In this document: positions 37,300-47,900 of the stretch, one piece after another
Position numbering within the stretch: the stretch's first letter is position 1
Layout of the letters: each line of letters begins with the position of its first letter
Source: a virus
Reading direction: 5' to 3' (one strand)
Virus record (IMG/VR): IMGVR_UViG_3300034272_001701
Span: 32,001-96,000 of that record
DNA length: 64,000 bases
Notes under the pieces: model-generated
The model's input: the letters and a program-made list of their open reading frames with translations, nothing else
Databases searched by the model: none
What the model was told of the DNA's origin: nothing
Program-made: the position numbers and the translations under genes

Positions 37300-38671
37300 G
37301 GTATTTGCATTCGTCCCAAAATTCTCGCATTTCTGGGAACGTTTCTAAAAAGTTAGTTTGCCTACGTTTATCGTGCTCGTTAAAGAATCTATAAAAATCA
37401 GCACGTTGTAGTTTAACATATTCCGGTTGCAATCGCCAACCTTCCTTCATCCAATCTACCACACGTTGCAGCCTTTGTACTTCATAATCTTTAAAACCTT
37501 GAAATGGACGATCTGGTGTTTCGACATTGAGTTGCATCCAATCTACTACATCTTGTAATCGTTTAACATAAACTGGCGGTAGTATTTGTAGGCTTTGCCA
37601 AGTGGGTTGTCTCAGTATAGGCGTATCAAACCAAACTCGTTGATATGTTTTACTGTACAATAGGCGCAAGGATAAAATATTCTGTAATAAACTTTGCAAG
37701 CCAATTACATTCAAATTACTCATTGTAATAATGAAAGTTAGACTATTTCTATTAGGAATTTTATCCAAATATCTATGAACATTTTCTTGCACTCGATTAT
37801 AGTCTAGTCCGTGGCGAATGTACTCTGACTGAGAACGGATTCCTGAATCTAAACTAACGTATTGCATAAAGTGTTCTATGTTGGTATCGCACAATCTTTT
37901 TACATAATCATGATACTGATCATATAATTTAGTTTCCACACTAAAATTGCTGGTCACATCAATATGTAGATCAGGTTTAGGAAATGCCAACACATAATCA
38001 AACACTCGATATGTATTACGATCCATCAATGGCTCGCCGCCGGTCATCCTAAAGTGTTTTAACTTTGGATACAGAGTTGGCCACCACTCCCAAAAGGCAT
38101 CAACATATGGATTATCTTCTCGAACAGGGATAGGTCGTCTGCGACCGCTAAAATGGGAAGCATCATTGTGAATAGTGGAAGTGGGATATCCTCCAAAACG
38201 TCCCACTTCATCACCCCAGCTACTACTAAACTGAGGACTGCAATAGGAACACTTAAGATTGCAAGCATGATTAAAATTGACCTCCACATAGGAAGGAGTA
38301 AAATCTCTATCACCAGCATCATGACTGTTAACAATCTCTGAAAAGTGTTCTGCTGCCCAGGGCTCTCCTGAACGATAATGTCTATCACTTAAATTCCCCA
38401 TATCTTCTTGTGTCCAACAATAACTACATTCTTGCGGTCGTTCATTACGCAGCATAATCTTACGCTGAGCTTTTTTATAGGGCGTATTATGTAATGCACT
38501 AGGATTGTCTTTCAACAATGCAGCATCTATTTCGTGTAAAGGAGGATGATAACAACTGTTGGTCAATCCTGTAGGAAGATGTAAACTGACCTGTTGCCAC
38601 TTAGCAAGGCATAAGCTTGGTCCTAATCGTTCTTTTGCCTGCTCGGCAGCAGACATAAAATCACTCACCAT
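37286..38671 (-). CDS. Radical SAM protein with N-terminal twitch-like domain
   Basis: CLAKW...SCYHP...CSYCW; CNLKCSYC; TGGEPLM. Confidence 0.88.
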   Translation of the reverse strand: MVSDFMSAAEQAKERLGPSLCLAKWQQVSLHLPTGLTNSCYHPPLHEIDAALLKDNPSALHNTPYKKAQRKIMLRNERPQECSYCWTQEDMGNLSDRHYRSGEPWAAEHFSEIVNSHDAGDRDFTPSYVEVNFNHACNLKCSYCSPQFSSSWGDEVGRFGGYPTSTIHNDASHFSGRRRPIPVREDNPYVDAFWEWWPTLYPKLKHFRMTGGEPLMDRNTYRVFDYVLAFPKPDLHIDVTSNFSVETKLYDQYHDYVKRLCDTNIEHFMQYVSLDSGIRSQSEYIRHGLDYNRVQENVHRYLDKIPNRNSLTFIITMSNLNVIGLQSLLQNILSLRLLYSKTYQRVWFDTPILRQPTWQSLQILPPVYVKRLQDVVDWMQLNVETPDRPFQGFKDYEVQRLQRVVDWMKEGWRLQPEYVKLQRADFYRFFNEHDKRRQTNFLETFPEMREFWDECKYHAQN

Positions 38672-39603
38672 CCTTCTATCCTACGAATAACATCTATTTC
38701 GGTCATCATGATTTCGCTGTTGCGCTGGCCTGTACTATAGTGATGTTTAAAGAATTGACTTTGGTTGGGTGTATACATAACAATAGGCAACCCTAATCTG
38801 GTAGTCAATGCACCTTCAATTCTTTCACAACCCTCTTCAGGGTCTTCTTTACTAAACATATCCCACAGTTTTTCTAATACATCAAAGTCTTGTACGTATT
38901 TGTAATCCCACCCTTCTAGCATGATCATAAATGTTCCCAGTCGAGCTCCGTACATAGCCCAATAACCATTTTCAACATCAGCTCCTACGCTATGCCATAT
39001 ACAAAGATGATCGTAGTTTCTTTTGTTAACACCTTCTTCAAATTCTTGTAGTGTAGGTTTGTGCCCTCTATTGAGACACATCTTTACGCCTTCTCTAAAT
39101 CCAGCACGCCATGCCTGTTTGGCGCTACCATTAGGATATGTTGTACTATAACAATTGTGCATGGCAGTGTATTTTGGATCAAAACAAAACTCAACAGCAG
39201 TTTCTTCGTCTCCACTACTGGCTTCGTGTGTACGCATATTCATTACAAAGTCTTTTGTCCAGCAACTTACACCACCATTGCCATAACGTAGACCGTTTAC
39301 GACATTTCGTGCCTTCCATCTAAAAACGTGGTCGCGATTCGTTTCGTTGAGCAATAATTGTAGATTAAAAAATTCCGGGTCTGGTATATTATCACCATCA
39401 ATAAGAACAAACCGATCAGTATCGCTTGCCTCTGCGGCTGCTTTGTGTGCTGCGTCAGATCCTTTAACACCATCCACTCTCTTTGCCCATGGCACCATGT
39501 TTTGAATTTTGATCCAAAACTCTTCTTTCTTGGGTTCGTCGTACGTTAGAAAAATACAATCTAAATCTGCAATATCAACTATTTGTTCGGTCATAATATT
39601 CAA
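38665..39603 (-). CDS. Putative GT-A fold glycosyltransferase
   Basis: IFLTYDEP, RVDGVKGSDAAHKAAA, DxD motif LIDGD and AWRAGFREGVKM. Confidence 0.65.
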   Translation of the reverse strand: MNIMTEQIVDIADLDCIFLTYDEPKKEEFWIKIQNMVPWAKRVDGVKGSDAAHKAAAEASDTDRFVLIDGDNIPDPEFFNLQLLLNETNRDHVFRWKARNVVNGLRYGNGGVSCWTKDFVMNMRTHEASSGDEETAVEFCFDPKYTAMHNCYSTTYPNGSAKQAWRAGFREGVKMCLNRGHKPTLQEFEEGVNKRNYDHLCIWHSVGADVENGYWAMYGARLGTFMIMLEGWDYKYVQDFDVLEKLWDMFSKEDPEEGCERIEGALTTRLGLPIVMYTPNQSQFFKHHYSTGQRNSEIMMTEIDVIRRIEGW

Positions 39604-39949
39604 TTTCCAAATACTCTTCGTTTAATCCTAGCGCAACTGCTGCCATTCCTTTTACTACCGGTTGTCCTTGTGTTGATTTTTTTAATCTTACTTGGTCAGA
39701 TGTTTTTGCATCTAATGTAATTAGTTTTTTATCTACTACACGTAGCAAAAGTGTGTTTGCTTTATGAAATACGTCTGGATTATCAACTACAATATAATTA
39801 TCTCCATCAGGATGATCCGTTTCACTAAACGCTGTTACTAGTCCATTTTTGTCATAATACATCCTGTATTCTTTGACCATAGGTAATCTTTTACGATCTT
39901 CCTCTTCAACTAATTTTAAAGCTTTATAAAACTCTTCTACAGGATTCAT
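39575..39949 (-). CDS. Hypothetical protein
   Basis: Coupled ORF within the GT block. Confidence 0.65.
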   Translation of the reverse strand: MNPVEEFYKALKLVEEEDRKRLPMVKEYRMYYDKNGLVTAFSETDHPDGDNYIVVDNPDVFHKANTLLLRVVDKKLITLDAKTSDQVRLKKSTQGQPVVKGMAAVALGLNEEYLEIEYYDRTNS

Positions 39950-40766
39950 AATATTCTATCATTTCATCTTTAGCAAATTTTTTATCGTAATAGTGCAATG
40001 GGTGGTATTGATTAATGTTGTTGATTCTGATCATGCCATGATCAAATTCACTTACGTATACGTCTTCGAACATATTACTTTCGTTAAAATTATTAATAGA
40101 AGGCTTCATGTGTACAAAATTAATAAAATCAGCTGACGGTATTGTACATAGTTCATCTCCGACTATTCTTGCTGCTATGGCATAAACAACATCTGTAGTA
40201 GCATATTGATCTCTACAATTTAATAAACTATTTTGTATAACTTCCCAATTGTTAAAAATTATTCGTGCGTACTTAAAAAAGTCGGTAGCAGTTTGCGAAT
40301 ATCTAAAATACATTAGCCCATTGTAGGTATCCGGTAAATTATTATCATCAAATAATTTACGATAGCGTCGAGACGAAGCCAACTTCTGTTGATAATTTCT
40401 GCAACCTGTACTTAATACTATATCACGTAATCTAAAAGCATGTATCCAATGATCGATTGATCTAGTAAACAAAAGATCCGATTCTAATTTAATTGTCTCT
40501 TTGTATGGAGTTAAGCCAAAAGCCAGATGCTCATAACCAAACGATCCATAGTCGTTGTTTGTTATTTCAATGATGTGATCAAAAGTCTTTTTGTGTTCGT
40601 CGGTTAATAATTTTGCTGTTTCTGTGTTAACAACAACTGCACAGCTATTATTTTTTTGTGTGGCCTTGATATTCAATGCCTGCAAATAGGCAAGCCGTAG
40701 ATAATCTGTTTCTTCAGAATTGATTGCAAAAGTTAAAAATCCTAACTGTTCTTTATGCTGGCTCAT
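39924..40766 (-). CDS. Putative GT8-like nucleotide-diphospho-sugar transferase
   Basis: DY..LAY..A.NIK, TPYKETIKLESDL (ExD), YNGLMYF, TD..YAIA, HMK and HY..K. Confidence 0.6.
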   Translation of the reverse strand: MSQHKEQLGFLTFAINSEETDYLRLAYLQALNIKATQKNNSCAVVVNTETAKLLTDEHKKTFDHIIEITNNDYGSFGYEHLAFGLTPYKETIKLESDLLFTRSIDHWIHAFRLRDIVLSTGCRNYQQKLASSRRYRKLFDDNNLPDTYNGLMYFRYSQTATDFFKYARIIFNNWEVIQNSLLNCRDQYATTDVVYAIAARIVGDELCTIPSADFINFVHMKPSINNFNESNMFEDVYVSEFDHGMIRINNINQYHPLHYYDKKFAKDEMIEYYESCRRVL

Positions 40767-41547
40767 TTAATAACTGTTCAACTAAATTTTCAAAATCGCT
40801 CGATTGTAAATATTTTTTACTCATGATGTGCAAATTAGTTCGAGGCACAATGTATGCTTTTGAATCATCTCTAACAATAAACTTAGAGTCCTGTAGTTCT
40901 ATTTTGTTTATTGATTGATTAATTGCTAATAAACTTCCTGGGATCGTGGATGTTTGAGTTATATAGCCATTTATGATAATATCAGCAATGGAAAATGCAT
41001 AATCGTTTCTATAATTTCTTTCTCGTATATTAAACAATGCTCGATAATATGAATAATTTTTTTGTATTCTATCTATTAGGTCAAAAAATAGTTTGGCTCT
41101 TGGTGTTTTTCTAAATGCAAATACTGTAGCCCATATGTAAGGTAAACTATTATCTCCCATTGTGTCTGCCCATTCCGCTGTCAATGCATGACTATTTCTT
41201 TGTAATAAATAATCCCAATTGCATTTAAATATATCTAGTAGACTGTTATCCACCACAAGATAATCAACATCAACCACCAAGGTTTCATCGTAAGGACTTA
41301 ATTCATATGCACTGTGTCTATTAAAATTTCTCCACGACACAAAAGTATTACTATCAATATCAAAACGATTATTTGTTAAATCGTTGTCTTTTGTATTTGT
41401 GATAAGAGTATATGGTAATTTAAGTTTTTGGCTAGCTACAGACAGTGTTTTATTTGCTATACTAACGTAATCTGTTGTTTCTGTGTTTAAGGCAAATGCA
41501 AGAATACCTCTAGAGTTTTCTAATTTTTTTGAGTTCTTCATAATCAT
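40753..41547 (-). CDS. Putative GT8-like nucleotide-diphospho-sugar transferase
   Basis: Paralog of the previous gene: DYVSIA, SPYDETLVVDVDY (DxD), WATVFAF, RNDYAFSIA and H.MSK. Confidence 0.6.
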   Translation of the reverse strand: MIMKNSKKLENSRGILAFALNTETTDYVSIANKTLSVASQKLKLPYTLITNTKDNDLTNNRFDIDSNTFVSWRNFNRHSAYELSPYDETLVVDVDYLVVDNSLLDIFKCNWDYLLQRNSHALTAEWADTMGDNSLPYIWATVFAFRKTPRAKLFFDLIDRIQKNYSYYRALFNIRERNYRNDYAFSIADIIINGYITQTSTIPGSLLAINQSINKIELQDSKFIVRDDSKAYIVPRTNLHIMSKKYLQSSDFENLVEQLLNEPA

Positions 41548-41824
41548 TGTGCCATTGATTCATTACTAACTGATAATGCTGTTGTGCCTGGACCAAAAAA
41601 ACTTGCCTATCAATTTTTATAGGGTTGTTATATGTGTCTTCTAAATATAATTCATCAACCGGCCAAGTTTTAACAAACGCTATTAATTCTGGAGTTATCT
41701 TAAAGAGTCCGCCACAGTGTGCTAGATGCAAATCCGTTTGGATCTTTTCTCTCAAAATTATTTTGTTTTTTTGAAAGTCGGTGGCCTGTCTAATTTGATT
41801 TACTAAAAGTTCGACGTCGTTCAT
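41510..41824 (-). CDS. Hypothetical protein, first gene of the GT/radical SAM module
   Basis: GGLFKITPELIAF and LED.YNNPI.I. Confidence 0.7.
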   Translation of the reverse strand: MNDVELLVNQIRQATDFQKNKIILREKIQTDLHLAHCGGLFKITPELIAFVKTWPVDELYLEDTYNNPIKIDRQVFLVQAQQHYQLVMNQWHNDYEELKKIRKL

Positions 41825-41838
41825 GTATAAATGTAGAA

Positions 41839-41889
41839 ACTGGTTAGGATACTATTGTACACTAACCAGTATGAAAATGCAAATATTTA
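41839..41889 (-). promoter_or_regulatory. Composite element: TAAATA late motif, sigma70-type promoter and 9-bp inverted repeat
   Basis: Minus strand: TAAATA (41889-84), TTGCAT-N17-TACAAT (41882-54), and ACTGGTTAG...CTAACCAGT (41870-39) followed by TTCT. Confidence 0.5.
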
Positions 41890-41891
41890 GA

Positions 41892-42836
41892 TTACAAAGA
41901 ACTGATTGTTACAGCACCCCAGGTATTGGATAAATTAGTGGTAGAAGGATAAGTCACATCAATTTGTCTGGCTATTACAACATCCAAATTGTCATCAAAA
42001 CTTAAACTACCAGCATTTGATCCTGTTGTTGAAGTGATCACTATCCAAAAATCAACTTGAGTTCCGGCATCACTGTTTGCACCTTGTGGTCCGTTTGATC
42101 TCGCAAGTAGAACTGCTGAATCAGAAGTATAATTGGTTGTAAGACTTGTTACTGATACTACAGTAGCGTTAGCAGTAGTTAAATCATAATAACCAATGGT
42201 AGTATCGTTGGTATTTAAGGTTCCGCCTGTGCCTGTTCTTCCACCATTGGTTGTTGTTCTAAATGTATTAACTCCGCCAATATAACCAACTATGTTATTA
42301 ACAGCAGTATCTCTAGCCGGTGGTGCCGATCCGCTTGACGAACAAACAAAAGCCAATCTTCCGCCTGCATTAAAAAAGTATCTGGCAGCATCTGCGCTGG
42401 CAAAAGATGCACGAGCCCCAAATGCTCTAGTTGCTGTGCCGGGGTCTGTTCCATTGGTTGTGTTAATAATCCAACTAGTAGTCAATGAACTTCCGGTAAC
42501 GGCTGTTCCTGTGGCATTGGCAGTGACTCTATTAGTATAGGCAGTATTAATATTACCTTGTAGAGTACTTAACCAATCAATACGTTGTCCTGCTGTTACT
42601 GCAGAAATTCCGGATCCGGAACCTGATTGATGATTCAGTGTAGAATTTAAAGTATTGATTAAACTAGCCCACTGAGTTGCAGTAATAAGAGTACCTGCTG
42701 CTACTGTTGCAACAGCAGTCTGTCCGTATCCGGCGTTTCCGGTTCCAGTCGACCAAACTGTGTTCAATTGATTTGTACCATTGATTAAATTGTTATAATC
42801 GGTGGCTTCGATTAAATCGCCTTGAGCGTATGACAT
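41892..42836 (-). CDS. Virion structural protein (tail/baseplate associated)
   Basis: Thr/Gly/Ala/Ser-rich; GYGQT, ITATQW..L and ARYFFNAGG; lies in the structural operon. Confidence 0.65.
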   Translation of the reverse strand: MSYAQGDLIEATDYNNLINGTNQLNTVWSTGTGNAGYGQTAVATVAAGTLITATQWASLINTLNSTLNHQSGSGSGISAVTAGQRIDWLSTLQGNINTAYTNRVTANATGTAVTGSSLTTSWIINTTNGTDPGTATRAFGARASFASADAARYFFNAGGRLAFVCSSSGSAPPARDTAVNNIVGYIGGVNTFRTTTNGGRTGTGGTLNTNDTTIGYYDLTTANATVVSVTSLTTNYTSDSAVLLARSNGPQGANSDAGTQVDFWIVITSTTGSNAGSLSFDDNLDVVIARQIDVTYPSTTNLSNTWGAVTISSL

Positions 42837-42847
42837 TCTCTAATTCC

Positions 42848-44497
42848 TTAACTGTTCAACTTAACGATGGCTTCAATGGTACCTTCCCCATCAGAATTTT
42901 TATTTTCCAATGAACGACCAATTACATTAAATGCCGAAAGTTCGTTTTTAGCCCCTGATCGAGCTAAGCCGTTTCCGGCACTTACTAGTCTATCGCCTTT
43001 GCGTATACGACCAATTACTCTTACAGGAACACGACCATTGACAGCTACCGGAGGATGAGTTTCGTCTGACCCGGCAGCACCATTCATTAAATAAGCTGCT
43101 CTAGTACTTATGACGCCAAAAACATCTTCACTAAGTTCGTCTACTGCTGCTGTAATCTCTTTTACTCCGCCTAGTGCAACAACAGTTCCGGGATCATATG
43201 GTTTATCTGTTTCAAATCTTTCGGCTAAGTCAGCATACTGTGCTTGAACAGATACTCCATAGAATGTGTTAAACCACATACCTGCACTACCTAAATTAAC
43301 TGTAGTGTTTGAAGTCGGTAAAACTGTGTCTGCAATATAAACTGTTGAAAGATTCGCTCTCGTTGTATTAATATTAGCTGCAAAAACGTTTCCAATCAAC
43401 ATGCCTTGAGTAAAGACATTGCTCCATCTATTAGTGACGTTACCTAGAGTATATGTAACGTTGGCACTTGGGTTTAAACTTGCCGAGAAAGTACTAATAC
43501 CAACACCACCGCCTAGGATAGTATCAACATAGTCCTTTGTTGCTAGAGAAAATGCGCTTGATCCTGCCGTTGGACTAGAGTAAGCTTCTGGTAAACCTGA
43601 TGTTGCATTTCCTCGTAAAAACGGAGTTTGGGTCGATGATCTTTTTAAACTTAAGATTAAGTCTTTGTTGTTGGTGACGTTTCTTAGAGTAACTTCACCG
43701 CTGCTTACAGTTGCTTCAAAATCGCTTGCGACACCAACTTTAAGTCCGGTATCGTTAGTAATACTCAATGCGCCATTTAATGAACCGCTAGTGTCATTTC
43801 TTAAAAAACTACTACCTGGTACACTTGGGAATAATGAGCTGTAATAAAGATTGTTTGCTACATCAGCTGTTCCTTGGAACGCCATGTTGGAAATATTTGT
43901 AGCTAAATTTAAACCTGTTTTAACAGTAGCAAAGCCCGTTACTGCTGTGCTAAAAGTAGCTTCCTTACTCCAGATACCAACTAGAGTATTATCAATATAA
44001 AACTTTAACACAACATAAGTAGCAGACGGGCTTGTGGCTACAATTGTGTCAGGAACCGCACCAGTATTACCAGTGGCGCTTGTTGTTAGCGGACCAACTG
44101 CTGTCCAACTGGTTCCGTTATAAACTTTAAGCTGTAAGTTGGCAGTATCCCACCACTGTTCGCCCACAATAGGATTGTTTGGCTGACTTGATCCTGCGCT
44201 CATTGTTGCCATTGGCTTCCAGGCGCTAGCGGCTGTTCCTTTTGTTGTAGCTGTATTAACTTTGATAACTTTACCAGAAGTATCCCACCATAACTGCCCT
44301 GGTAATGGAGCAGTTGGAGCTGCACCGTTGGCGAAATTTTCCACCAGATGGATCATGTTTTCGTTTAAAAATGTTCCGTACCCAGGGTAATTTTTTCCAA
44401 CTAAAGTTAAACTTGAACTTGTAGTATCAATGGTTCCATCAGGCAAACCACCTGTAATAAGTGCCCCACCATTTGATAAAGTAATATTGTATGCCAT
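42848..44497 (-). CDS. Tail fibre/baseplate protein with C-terminal chaperone-like domain
   Basis: SLTLVGKNY.GYG...NEN..HLVENFA; repeated GQLWWDT..KVYNGT.W; C-terminal YADLAERF...GTVV.LGG...GRVPVRV.G....GDRLV. Confidence 0.7.
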   Translation of the reverse strand: MAYNITLSNGGALITGGLPDGTIDTTSSSLTLVGKNYPGYGTFLNENMIHLVENFANGAAPTAPLPGQLWWDTSGKVIKVNTATTKGTAASAWKPMATMSAGSSQPNNPIVGEQWWDTANLQLKVYNGTSWTAVGPLTTSATGNTGAVPDTIVATSPSATYVVLKFYIDNTLVGIWSKEATFSTAVTGFATVKTGLNLATNISNMAFQGTADVANNLYYSSLFPSVPGSSFLRNDTSGSLNGALSITNDTGLKVGVASDFEATVSSGEVTLRNVTNNKDLILSLKRSSTQTPFLRGNATSGLPEAYSSPTAGSSAFSLATKDYVDTILGGGVGISTFSASLNPSANVTYTLGNVTNRWSNVFTQGMLIGNVFAANINTTRANLSTVYIADTVLPTSNTTVNLGSAGMWFNTFYGVSVQAQYADLAERFETDKPYDPGTVVALGGVKEITAAVDELSEDVFGVISTRAAYLMNGAAGSDETHPPVAVNGRVPVRVIGRIRKGDRLVSAGNGLARSGAKNELSAFNVIGRSLENKNSDGEGTIEAIVKLNS

Positions 44498-44518
44498 TTA
44501 AGTATTCTCCGACTCTGT

Positions 44519-44524
44519 TATTTA
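44519..44524 (-). promoter_or_regulatory. Late promoter-like TAAATA
   Basis: CATAAATA followed by a short leader with a GGAG SD before ATG 44497. Confidence 0.55.
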
Positions 44525-44531
44525 TGATGGT

Positions 44532-44936
44532 TTATAATTGGAATTCTTGTTCTAAATTTTCTAGCATTTTGAAAATATTAGAAATTGCTGCTTGTTTATC
44601 GTTGATTTTTAAATTGGCAATTATTTGCCCTACAAATTTTCGATACAGCAATGACCAAAAGGACTGATCAAAAACATATTTAGCGTGTTTTACTAGCTTC
44701 TCAGATCTTATATAATATTCAATGATCTTTTCTTCTTTCATTTCTGCTCTTAGATTTTGCAATAACAAAACGTCAGCATCATCATAAGGATCATCATTGA
44801 GTAATATGCTATTATATATAAGACAATTATCAACCCTACTGAGCATTGTAGTTTTGCAATGATCAGTGTCTCCATTTGCGTCGCAAACCGAACATGATTC
44901 TCTATTTCTCAAGTATTCTTCTAACGAAATACCCAT
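44532..44936 (-). CDS. Hypothetical protein resembling a stand-alone CFI-box-CTERM-like domain
   Basis: Likely start ATG 44936 (TAATG overlap); CLI...DD.DV..L..LR......I.EYY.....LV......LY..FV..I...L......A......M...L. Confidence 0.55.
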   Translation of the reverse strand: MGISLEEYLRNRESCSVCDANGDTDHCKTTMLSRVDNCLIYNSILLNDDPYDDADVLLLQNLRAEMKEEKIIEYYIRSEKLVKHAKYVFDQSFWSLLYRKFVGQIIANLKINDKQAAISNIFKMLENLEQEFQL

Positions 44937-47900
44937 TATTTTTTGTCCTTTAATCCTGCTAATACATAAAACAAGCCAAATGCTGCCCACATAGCATATC
45001 CTGTAATTACAGACTTGGTAGGTTTATCCGCTTTAGAAAACTTACCAATTAGTCTACTAATAGCTAGACCTGTTTTCATTATTGCGCGACCAGCGCGGCT
45101 GTCTTCTTTTTCTACACCCATTTTGTAGGCCATGTGCTGTGCCCATGGTGTAGCAATTCTACGTGCCCAACTGATTGCTAATTCACGTTGCGCTTGTCCG
45201 CGTTTTTCTTTATCGCGAATCCAGAACATACATTGTGGGCCGTCTTTTTCCATCCAATCAACTACTACACTGGCCCAACGAATGTATCCGTAGTATGCTT
45301 CTGGATCGTTTTCTCTGAGATATTCGCCAAATAATTCATCTGCTGCATATATATGATCTGGCAAATAACCAAGCTCGTGCAGTTTGGTACAAATAATTTT
45401 ACACCCACCGCCACCACCACCGCCCGGTCCTGCTGGTAAACCTGCTCGGTCATCGGTGCCGTAGTTTCCAAATTGTTGATTAAAAATCAATGTTGTCAAA
45501 TCCCCGGCCGAGCTTGATGGTTGCCAAACTCCATTGACTTTTACAAATATTCCTGCAATATCTCTCCAAGTTCCTGATACTTTTACTGCTGCGGTAGTAA
45601 TGTTGCGCCATTGCCCATCAACTTTAACATTACAAAGTCCTCTTGGATATATCTCTAATGCTACAGCACCATTGGAGCCTTCTTGCCCTGCTGTTCCCCC
45701 TCGTGCATATGGTGGAACATAATATCTCACATTCTGCCCTGGAGGGTTAGTGCCTATATTGTCTCTAGTATCCCAATAGAGTTTGTCAGTACTATCTGAT
45801 AGACTAACAGCAAAACCTTTAGAAGAATCTGTACTGTTTATATCAAATCTAATTTGATGTACGCCTCTGCTTAAAGTAATGTCTGCAGAAGCAGTAGTGG
45901 CATTGCTACCACCAGTATTAGTTGTAGTTAAAATTTGCACATCGTCGATGTAAACTACTAGTGTCCCGGTAGCCACTGCTCTGATCTTGTATGTACCTGA
46001 GTATGCTGCGTCCAATCCTCTTAGCACTGTAGCTTGAGTTGCATTATCTTTACGCCAAACACCATATGTGTTTAAAAATTGATTCCAGCTGGTATTCGAA
46101 ACTGAGATCAACTCACCGTCTTCGCCAAGACGTTGATCATCTTCCCAACGAATCAAGATTGCACCGCTAGCACCTCTACCGCCAAATCCTTTAGATATAA
46201 CTTGAGGTTGAGTTTGGTCGTTGGGATTGACCGCAAAAATAGAAACTTTATCACTTCCGGCACCGGCACTACCACATCCAAAATCAGATCCTTGATTTGT
46301 TTCTGTTAATGCATCTGCACCAGATCTTTGTCCTGGTGCAGGACCTGCTCCGCTGGCTCCAACTGCTGTAGTGGTCGATAAACCGTTTCCTCCGTTGCTA
46401 ACTGATCCACTTCCGGGATTACTGGAATTTGTTATAACAGTTCCGCCAATGCCACCGCTTGTTAAGGAGCCGCCTTTGCCTCCGCCTAATTTAAGAAGAT
46501 ATGTATTAGTTACTGTGTCTCTAATAGAGGTGATGCTACCATCTTGTCCTGCGTTAAGTACTAGATTTGCATTGGTTATTGTACCTTGACCCGAATACAA
46601 TCCTGCTAAAGTATTACCACCTATTCCACCTTCACCTACACTGATTTCGTATAGTCTACCAGGAACAACAGTAAAATTTAAATTTTTGGCTCTTGCGCCT
46701 TCGCCGCCACCACCTGCGCCTTGAGTAACATTACCTGATCCACCGCCTCCACCTCCGGCTACTGCAGATAGGAGTTGTATTGATGTAACGCTTGAAGGTA
46801 CTACAAAACTTATATTCCCGGCGGTATGTTTAAAAATTTGATTGAATGGGTAATTTCCGCCGGTTTGGCCTCCGTAAGAGCTAGAATCGCCGCCACGTAC
46901 TGTTCCGCCGCTGCCACCAGCCCAGCCACCGCCTCCACCTCCGGCACCACCACCATCTCCATTTTTTCCTTGTCCTCGTTGACCATTCATTGGCTCTAAC
47001 GTGCCAGACACTTCAACAGCTTTAGCTCCAGAATATAGTTGAGCTGAGTCAGGGTAAGCAGTTAATGCATTTCGTATTGCAATCACTCCGGCGCTATTTC
47101 CATCGTTGCCAGCACCGCCACCGCCACCGCCGCCACCAGCTACAGCTACTGGTACACCGTTGACTAATACCAAACTTGCGCCACCGCCACCGCCACCGCC
47201 ACCTGAGTACGGTCTTGGCCCAGCTGCTGATCCATTGGCTCCACTGAAACTACCAAATCCTGATAAGTTAATTCTACTTGCACCGCCTAATCCACCGGGG
47301 GCGCCACCTGAATTGCTTCCGCCGGCACGGCCGCCATCGCCGACTACTACTTCAATGACATCACCAATTTCTACAGGAAAATTAACTTTATGAAATTGCC
47401 CTGGTGCACCATCTCCGCCACGACTGCCGGCGTCCATGCCGCCACCACCGCCACCTCCTCCCCAAAGATAGGCCACAACGTCAGCGTCAATGGGCGATGT
47501 TAATGTATAACGACCACAGGTTTGTGTATACTCAGACACTACCGCGGTTGACCTAGTGTCCCATACAATGCTACCGTTTGTATCAGCAATGGTCATTCCG
47601 AATCCAGCTACATCACCGCTATTGGAAACTTCTATTCTTATTTGATTAATGCCTTGGGCCAGTGTAATCGGGTATGCTGCGGGCACAGTTGCCCAATCAG
47701 TGGTTCTATATCCTCCCCATCCCCAATAGCCTCCGTAGCCGTACCAACCCCCGTACCCATACCAGCCACCCCACCACCACCAATGATGTCTTTCAACTGT
47801 TTGAGTTGTTCCGTTGACTTTTAAATCATTGAAGTATACTGAGCCGCTATTGTCAACGCTAGATCGAATATAATAAGTACCGGTATAAGGTGCGTTAAAA

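Noticed and set aside
46700-47470. CCACCGCC-type DNA repeats as a regulatory or mobile repeat
   Set aside because: Fully explained by poly-glycine coding in the fibre gene.
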